Part shown: piece by piece, positions 58,138-64,000 of the stretch
Position numbering within the stretch: position 1 is the stretch's first letter
Layout: every line of letters starts with the position of its first letter
IMG/VR virus record: IMGVR_UViG_3300027969_000092
Location: 2,262-66,261 of that record
DNA length: 64,000 nt
From: a virus
Reading direction: 5' to 3' (one strand)
Notes under the pieces: generated by a model
The model's database searches: none
What the model was told of the DNA's origin: nothing
Seen by the model: only the letters and a program-made list of their open reading frames with translations
Translations under genes and position numbers: made by a program

Positions 58138-60287
58138 TGGCTGACGGTCAAGTCGATCCTCAGTTTAACCAAATTCATACCCTGGGTGTTACTCAGGGTA
58201 TTAAACGTGACGGTACAGTATTTGAAGCACGTGAATACAGTGACGGTGTATGGTGTCGTTTCCAACGTGGCACACCTAAGAAAATGGGTGGCTATCGTCA
58301 ACTATTTAATAGCTTCAGTGGTATCCCCCGTGGCTTTATTACAAACCCATACAACGGCGTAAACTACTCGTTTGCTGGTACACAGGTTGGTCTAGATGTA
58401 TTTACTACTGGTACTACACTAGGTGCTGGTAGTGGTCCGTTTGCCGCTATATTTACACCGGGTTATTCGCAATTTCCGATAACTGGTGACACAATCACTA
58501 ACACCACGACTTCATTTGTTATTGACAGTAACGCAACGTCACCTATTAATTACACCTCAGTCTATCCTGCAGGCACTAAAGTAATCTTTTCTCAAAGTGG
58601 CACACCCACTGTACACACAGTAACTTCTTCCACTTTTGCAACACCAAACACAACAGTAAACTTTACTCCAGCGGTTGGTGGCTCTGTAGTTATCAGCAAC
58701 GTTTGGATTTATAACACCTACTTTCAGCCAGATCCAAGGTTAATGTGGCAGTTTGACTTCCAATACGACCCATCTGGTGGTGCGTTAAAGTTGCTAGCGC
58801 ATCCAGGGTTAAACCTACAAAACATTGACAATGGCGTTAATACTGCAATCTACTATGGCAACACATTGCCAAACTCTAGCGAGCAGTGGACGTTCCAGGT
58901 ACTAGCCGACAGCACTGGCCAGAACCCCACATATGAACCTATTAGCGTAGATGGCGGTGTGTGCTGTCTGTACCCCTTTATCTTTGCATATGGCTCAAAC
59001 GGATTCATATCTAATAACAACGTAGACACAACCTACGCTGACCAAACCCCTACCGATTGGAACGGCCCCCTAGCAAACCAAGTTAACATGTCGGCCTCTA
59101 AGGTTGTCAAAGGTATGCCAACACGTGGTGGTACCAATGCGCCGTCCGGTTTGTTCTGGGCGTTAGACAGTCTTATTCGTACGTCATTTACAGGCTCAGC
59201 GCCTAACTACTGGCGCTATGATATCGTTTCTAGCCAAATCTCTATTATGTCTTCCGCTTCCGTTGTTGAAATGGATGGAACATATTATTGGATGGGTGTT
59301 GACCGTTTCTATTGCTATAACGGTAGTGTTACAGTTGTTGCCAATGATAAAAACGTAAACTGGCTGTTTGACAACCTTAACTATGAGCAACGCCAAAAAG
59401 TGTGGGCCACCAAGGTACCACGCTACAATGAGATTTGGTTCTTTTATCCACGTGGCACAGCAACAGAATGTACTGATGCAATTATCTACAACGTAAAAGA
59501 TAAGTTCTGGTTTGATGCTGGCCAAGCAGTTGGCGCACAAAGATCTTGTGGCTACACAACAGAGATTTTCCCAACACCTGTATGGTGTGATTGGAATTAC
59601 AACGTAGAATATAGTCAAGGTTTTAACACCATTACAGCTCCATCTGGACTCGCAGCACCAACAACATATCAAATTTATGTTGCAGGTGACCAGAGCCAAG
59701 TGTTTAGCCCTGGTGACTATCTAGCGTTTAGTAACATTCCTGGAGATGTAGCATACCAAGTTGCTACTGCAGATTTTTTATACAATACTAGTGGTAACCC
59801 ACTACCTGGTTGCACATTGATTACTGTTGAAACAGAGATTGACCCTTATCCAGATGTAGGGCAATTGTTCTATATGGTTACCGGCGGATACGCTATTTGG
59901 CAGCATGAGTTTGGACTTAATAAAGTTACATTCTTAGACGAACAAGCTATTCAGTCTAGCTTTACTACCTGTGATATTAGTTGGGTTGGTGGCACACCAT
60001 CCCAAGATACTGCATCCGGTGTTAACCGCCGTATGCACTTACGTCGTATTGAGCCTGACTTTGTTCAAGCTGGTGTTATGAATTTGAATATTATCGGTCG
60101 TAAGTTTGCCAGTGGTGTATCGGAAGAGATATCTGGCCCGTTTGAATTTGATGAGAACACACCAAAGATTGACTTGCGTGTTGAGCACCGTGAGACTCGT
60201 TTGCAGTTTGAGTCTAATACCATTAACGGCAACTACGAAATGGGTCGTATCTTGATCACCGCAGAGTACGGTGACGAGAGGCCGTAA
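58137..60287 (+). CDS. Tail nozzle/stabilisation protein (P22 gp10-like)
   Basis: GIKRDGT, W.RFQRG.PKKMGG, YWMG.DRFY.YNG, NEIWFFYP, RRIEPDF. Confidence 0.7.
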   Translation: MADGQVDPQFNQIHTLGVTQGIKRDGTVFEAREYSDGVWCRFQRGTPKKMGGYRQLFNSFSGIPRGFITNPYNGVNYSFAGTQVGLDVFTTGTTLGAGSGPFAAIFTPGYSQFPITGDTITNTTTSFVIDSNATSPINYTSVYPAGTKVIFSQSGTPTVHTVTSSTFATPNTTVNFTPAVGGSVVISNVWIYNTYFQPDPRLMWQFDFQYDPSGGALKLLAHPGLNLQNIDNGVNTAIYYGNTLPNSSEQWTFQVLADSTGQNPTYEPISVDGGVCCLYPFIFAYGSNGFISNNNVDTTYADQTPTDWNGPLANQVNMSASKVVKGMPTRGGTNAPSGLFWALDSLIRTSFTGSAPNYWRYDIVSSQISIMSSASVVEMDGTYYWMGVDRFYCYNGSVTVVANDKNVNWLFDNLNYEQRQKVWATKVPRYNEIWFFYPRGTATECTDAIIYNVKDKFWFDAGQAVGAQRSCGYTTEIFPTPVWCDWNYNVEYSQGFNTITAPSGLAAPTTYQIYVAGDQSQVFSPGDYLAFSNIPGDVAYQVATADFLYNTSGNPLPGCTLITVETEIDPYPDVGQLFYMVTGGYAIWQHEFGLNKVTFLDEQAIQSSFTTCDISWVGGTPSQDTASGVNRRMHLRRIEPDFVQAGVMNLNIIGRKFASGVSEEISGPFEFDENTPKIDLRVEHRETRLQFESNTINGNYEMGRILITAEYGDERP

Positions 60288-60538
60288 TGGCTCTTGAATC
60301 GTTCTTTCCGTTCACTCCAGACTACATGTCTTGGGAAGATTGGAATGGCAATCTGGTCATGTTCTATGGTGAAGAGCCTATTCCAGTGCTTCCAGAAGCA
60401 GAATGGAAAGCCGTTGCTGATAACGTAGCCCAGCTACCCACGTTTCTTAATTACCCCGTTCCAGACCCGGCCCTATATACAAATTGGCAGGATTGGGCAT
60501 ACGAATTTACCGAAATTATTAACGGGCCAACTCAATAA
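60287..60538 (+). CDS. Small Trp-rich tail-module protein
   Basis: TAATG-coupled; WQDWA. Confidence 0.6.
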   Translation: MALESFFPFTPDYMSWEDWNGNLVMFYGEEPIPVLPEAEWKAVADNVAQLPTFLNYPVPDPALYTNWQDWAYEFTEIINGPTQ

Positions 60539-60541
60539 TTA

Positions 60542-60571
60542 GGGCGTTTTTACGCCCTTTTTTGCATTAGT
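60542..60571 (+). promoter_or_regulatory. Late promoter fused with terminator hairpin
   Basis: AGGGCGT-TTTT-ACGCCCT-TTTTT-GCATTAGT. Confidence 0.75.
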
Positions 60572-60598
60572 TAATGTAGGACAAATTACTTAAAGACC

Positions 60599-63500
60599 AT
60601 GGCACTAGAGACACTAGATACAACACAGCAACAATCTACAGGAGGCCAGCAGCAGGAGGCTAGTCCTATTGTTGGCTTGTATCAAAATGTTTTTAATCGT
60701 GCTCCAGATGCCGGTGGGTTGGCTTATTGGCAAAATGCCTACGACACGGGCACTTCGTTAGACCAAATTAGAAATCAGTTTCAAAACTCACCAGAAGCTC
60801 AAGCAAAACCATACGTCAACACCCTTGGCGGCACTGGGTCCAACCTTGATAAAGATTTTGTAAATCCAAACTTAAATCAACAAATGGGTGTTACTGGCGC
60901 TACTAATCTTTTAGGTGCCGGCAATATTAATCTTACAGGCGCCACTGGTGTTACAGGTGTAACCGGTGTTACTAACGTCACAGGCGCTGTTACCGGCGTC
61001 ACTGGTGTTACTGGTATATATTTAGATGTTTTAGGTCGTGCTCCAGATGCGTCTGGTTTAACTTATTGGCAGAGTCAGATTGATAAAGGCACACCAATAG
61101 AAAAAATTCGTGCTGAAATTGCTGCTTCAAAAGAATCAGCAACACCTAATGCGCAAGTTGCTCAAGCGTACCAAACTATTTTAGGTCGTTCTCCGGATCC
61201 AAACGGGCTGCAATATTGGCAGCAACAAGCTGCTAACGGTGTGCCTTTAGATCAAATTATGGCGGCAATGAAGGCGTCTCCTGATGCCCAAACTTATGCT
61301 ATTAATCAAGCATATAACAATGTTTTGGGTAGAGATGCTGATCCTGAAGGTTTGGCATACTATAAAAAACTTGCAGCAAGTGGCACCCCAATTGATCAAA
61401 TTGTTAAAACCATTCAAAGCACTTCAGAAGGTACTGTTGCTCAAGATTATTTTAATTATTTAGGTCGTAAGCCTGACGCCGCTGGTTTAAAGTATTGGCA
61501 AGATCAGTTAGCCGCTGGCAAAACAAAAGAACAAATTGCACATGAGATTGCATTGTCTGGCGAAAGTGTCACAACAAATGCACCGGACGTTAAAGCATTA
61601 TTAACTGCTACGTTGGATAAAAGTATCGTTGATAAATTGACACCAGATCAACTTACAGCGTATACAAAATTATTTTTAGATACTACCACAGGAAATGAAA
61701 ACGATAATTTAAAAGCAATATATAAACAAATTGCTTTAGACCCAACATTGGGCCCGCAGTTAAAAGCTACAAATCCATTGTTATGGCAAAGAGTAACCCC
61801 GCTAACAAGTAACCCAGATCAAATCATTAAAACAGACCGCATATATTACGGTCAATATGGCACAATAGATATGGGCGGCGTTAAAGTTCCTATACTAAAT
61901 GCTAAGTTATTAGATGGAGATGGCGCATTTGGTGGTGCTAACAGTGGCACTATTCAAGATACCTCACACGGCAGAAACAGCTGGGTTGAACAATTAGGAT
62001 GGCGCAGCAATTCGTTTAGTAGTGCAATTAGAAAAGGCGCTGACGCACTTGGTGTAGTTACGTATCGTGATGACGACGGTAAACCTAACGGCTATACTGG
62101 ATTAAATGAAGCTGCTGATTTGCTTGGAATTGACAAGAGTCAATTTAAAGACAAGGCAGAGCTTTTATTAACTAAAGAGCAAAAAGACGAAGACGGGAAT
62201 GTTGTAGTAAGAGCGGGTCAACAAGTTTATCAAAAAGACGGTGAAGGTAACACAATACTTGATGCTAAGGGACAGCCAGTACCAGCAACATACAGAGTAA
62301 GCGCGGAACAACAACTTTACGACGCCGTAAGCGCCGCAGCAAAAGATATTTATTCAGTTACTGGCGATTCACTAACTTCTGGTCGAGCCAGTGAAGGTGG
62401 CCCTCAAAGTTTTGATACTGTAATGTACAAGCGTGAAGGCGACAAGTTAATTCCTATTAGCGCACCGCAAGCACACGGCGGTATGCAAAACATTGATGTG
62501 TACAATGGTAGTGGTCATGGCTTTATGCGTGATAGTGGAATGATTCAAGGAATGGTATTTATTGGATCCGCTGTTCTTACAGCTATAACACTGGATCCAG
62601 AATTTGCTATAGAAGGAATGTCGCTTGCAGCAAGTATTGGTTCTTCAGTTGGTGCTACCGGAACTACTGCAACTGTTGTGGGTAGTGCTGTAATTGGGGC
62701 CACTATGGGCGCTGCAAATGCTGCCGCTTCCGGTGGAGACGTTGGTAAAGCGGCGTTAACTGGCGGCGCAGTTGCTGGTTTTACGGCTGCTATGGCTCCG
62801 TTAATGAGTCAAGGTGTAATGGGTAACGCGGTCAATAGTATTTCTGAAATGACCAATGGTTTGTATTCGCCGACTCAAGTTGGTAGCATAATTAGTACAA
62901 CGTTGGCAACAACACTGGGTTCAGCCGCAAATGGCGCCAACGGAGACCAAATATTAAAAGCATTTGGAACCTCTTTAGCTTCACAAGGACTTTCTCAAGC
63001 TGCTGTTACCGCTGCAACAAGTGCATTAGGAGATACATTAGGCAAAAATATGCTGCCTAAAATGCAAAGAGCTATGCAAATAATTGGTAGTACCGTTGCA
63101 ACATCTGCATTGACTGGTAAAAATCAACAACAGATTATGAACAATCTGATTGCTCAGTTTAGTGACCCAACAAAAGTATTAAATAATGTTGCCAGTGTTG
63201 GTGGTGCTAAGACAGACGTAACCGCCGGTGGCACAAATACAACTACTACAACAAAAGCAGACACAGTTCCCAGTTCGTTAACTAATTCTGATGCAATAGC
63301 ATCATACAAAAACTATATTACTCAAGGTGCAGATCCTTTATTAGCTCAAACATTGGCTGAAGGACAACAACAATCTGCTGTTGCCGCAGGTACAGGAACT
63401 CAAGTTGCTGGTGGTGATGCACAAGTTATGGTTGATGCGTTAAACAATCCGGATGCAATTAAAACTAAACTGTATGATGCAAAATGGTACAATACAGAAA

Positions 63501-64000
63501 CCCAACAATGGGAACCTATTAAAGTTTCAGATACTGGTGGTGGAGGCTCGGGAACAACGTCAACAGCAGTAGGAACAACTTCTAAACCTGGAGATATTCC
63601 CACCGCAGCAGACTTAAAAAATGATGTTGAAAATGGAACACTACCAACAGCAGGAGAAGTTAATGATTTGCTAGGTACTGGTAAAATGTCAAAAGCTGCT
63701 GCCGATGCTTATTTAAAAGCAATAGCAGATAATCAACCAAAAGCACCAGGTTCTGCAAATAATGACATTGAAGCCGTAAATTTAGCAATTTCAGTAACAT
63801 CTAGTTTAGCTAATAGGGGTGGCAATGTTGCAAATGCGTTAAATATTGTTTCAAAAGCAACTGGAGTTAGCCCTAGTGTAATTGCTAAAGCTATTAATTC
63901 AGGCACAACAGGTACAGGCACAACAGGTACAGGCACAACAGGTACAGGCACAACAGGTACAGGCACAACAGGTACAGGCACAACAGGTACAGGCACAACA
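60599..64000 (+). CDS. Very large protein with five DUF4214-like repeats; runs off the window (absent from ORF track)
   Basis: MALETLD...; Y..(V/I/Y)(L/F)(G/N)R..D..GL.Y(W/Y) at about 60680, 61017, 61168, 61312, 61447; the GTTGT repeats at the window end are in the same frame. Confidence 0.8.
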   Translation, partial: MALETLDTTQQQSTGGQQQEASPIVGLYQNVFNRAPDAGGLAYWQNAYDTGTSLDQIRNQFQNSPEAQAKPYVNTLGGTGSNLDKDFVNPNLNQQMGVTGATNLLGAGNINLTGATGVTGVTGVTNVTGAVTGVTGVTGIYLDVLGRAPDASGLTYWQSQIDKGTPIEKIRAEIAASKESATPNAQVAQAYQTILGRSPDPNGLQYWQQQAANGVPLDQIMAAMKASPDAQTYAINQAYNNVLGRDADPEGLAYYKKLAASGTPIDQIVKTIQSTSEGTVAQDYFNYLGRKPDAAGLKYWQDQLAAGKTKEQIAHEIALSGESVTTNAPDVKALLTATLDKSIVDKLTPDQLTAYTKLFLDTTTGNENDNLKAIYKQIALDPTLGPQLKATNPLLWQRVTPLTSNPDQIIKTDRIYYGQYGTIDMGGVKVPILNAKLLDGDGAFGGANSGTIQDTSHGRNSWVEQLGWRSNSFSSAIRKGADALGVVTYRDDDGKPNGYTGLNEAADLLGIDKSQFKDKAELLLTKEQKDEDGNVVVRAGQQVYQKDGEGNTILDAKGQPVPATYRVSAEQQLYDAVSAAAKDIYSVTGDSLTSGRASEGGPQSFDTVMYKREGDKLIPISAPQAHGGMQNIDVYNGSGHGFMRDSGMIQGMVFIGSAVLTAITLDPEFAIEGMSLAASIGSSVGATGTTATVVGSAVIGATMGAANAAASGGDVGKAALTGGAVAGFTAAMAPLMSQGVMGNAVNSISEMTNGLYSPTQVGSIISTTLATTLGSAANGANGDQILKAFGTSLASQGLSQAAVTAATSALGDTLGKNMLPKMQRAMQIIGSTVATSALTGKNQQQIMNNLIAQFSDPTKVLNNVASVGGAKTDVTAGGTNTTTTTKADTVPSSLTNSDAIASYKNYITQGADPLLAQTLAEGQQQSAVAAGTGTQVAGGDAQVMVDALNNPDAIKTKLYDAKWYNTETQQWEPIKVSDTGGGGSGTTSTAVGTTSKPGDIPTAADLKNDVENGTLPTAGEVNDLLGTGKMSKAAADAYLKAIADNQPKAPGSANNDIEAVNLAISVTSSLANRGGNVANALNIVSKATGVSPSVIAKAINSGTTGTGTTGTGTTGTGTTGTGTTGTGTTGTGTT
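63901..64000 (+). repeat. 15-bp tandem repeat GGCACAACAGGTACA (Gly-Thr-Thr-Gly-Thr), at least 6.6 copies
   Basis: Directly visible; continues past the window end. Confidence 0.95.

Overview
The window is most of a lytic-looking dsDNA tailed phage genome with a podovirus-type layout; the host is inferred (not shown) to be a freshwater Betaproteobacterium. Order: end of the virion/ejection genes (1-3656, +); replication module (3657-19154, -) with family A DNA polymerase, class II RNR, DUF2815 SSB, DUF2800 Cas4-like nuclease, a displaced TerS-like gene, SNF2 helicase, VRR-NUC and primase-helicase; early region (about 19.7-27.8 kb, -) with a sigma70-like factor, a MoxR AAA/vWA pair, an SprT-like protein and many tiny ORFs; a non-coding control/terminus region (27.8-28.8 kb); late region (28.8-64 kb, +) with terminase, portal, capsid, collagen-like fibre, four RCC1 propellers, sulfation/glycosylation enzymes, two endolysins and tail proteins. 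Most notable: (1) a sigma factor lacking region 4 plus separate small sigma4-like ORFs, together with 8 exact copies of a non-canonical promoter GGGCG-N17-GCATTAGT; (2) an early region with 21 GTTTAAAC sites and, by eye, no CCGG/GGCC/GCGC/CGCG/ACGT, bracketed by two copies of an origin-like element; (3) a free-standing, catalytically degenerate intein overlapping the terL start; (4) a putative PAPS-synthesis/sulfotransferase/glycosyltransferase virion-decoration module. All calls come from reading motifs by eye; no database searches were run. No tRNA, CRISPR array, integrase or reverse transcriptase was seen.
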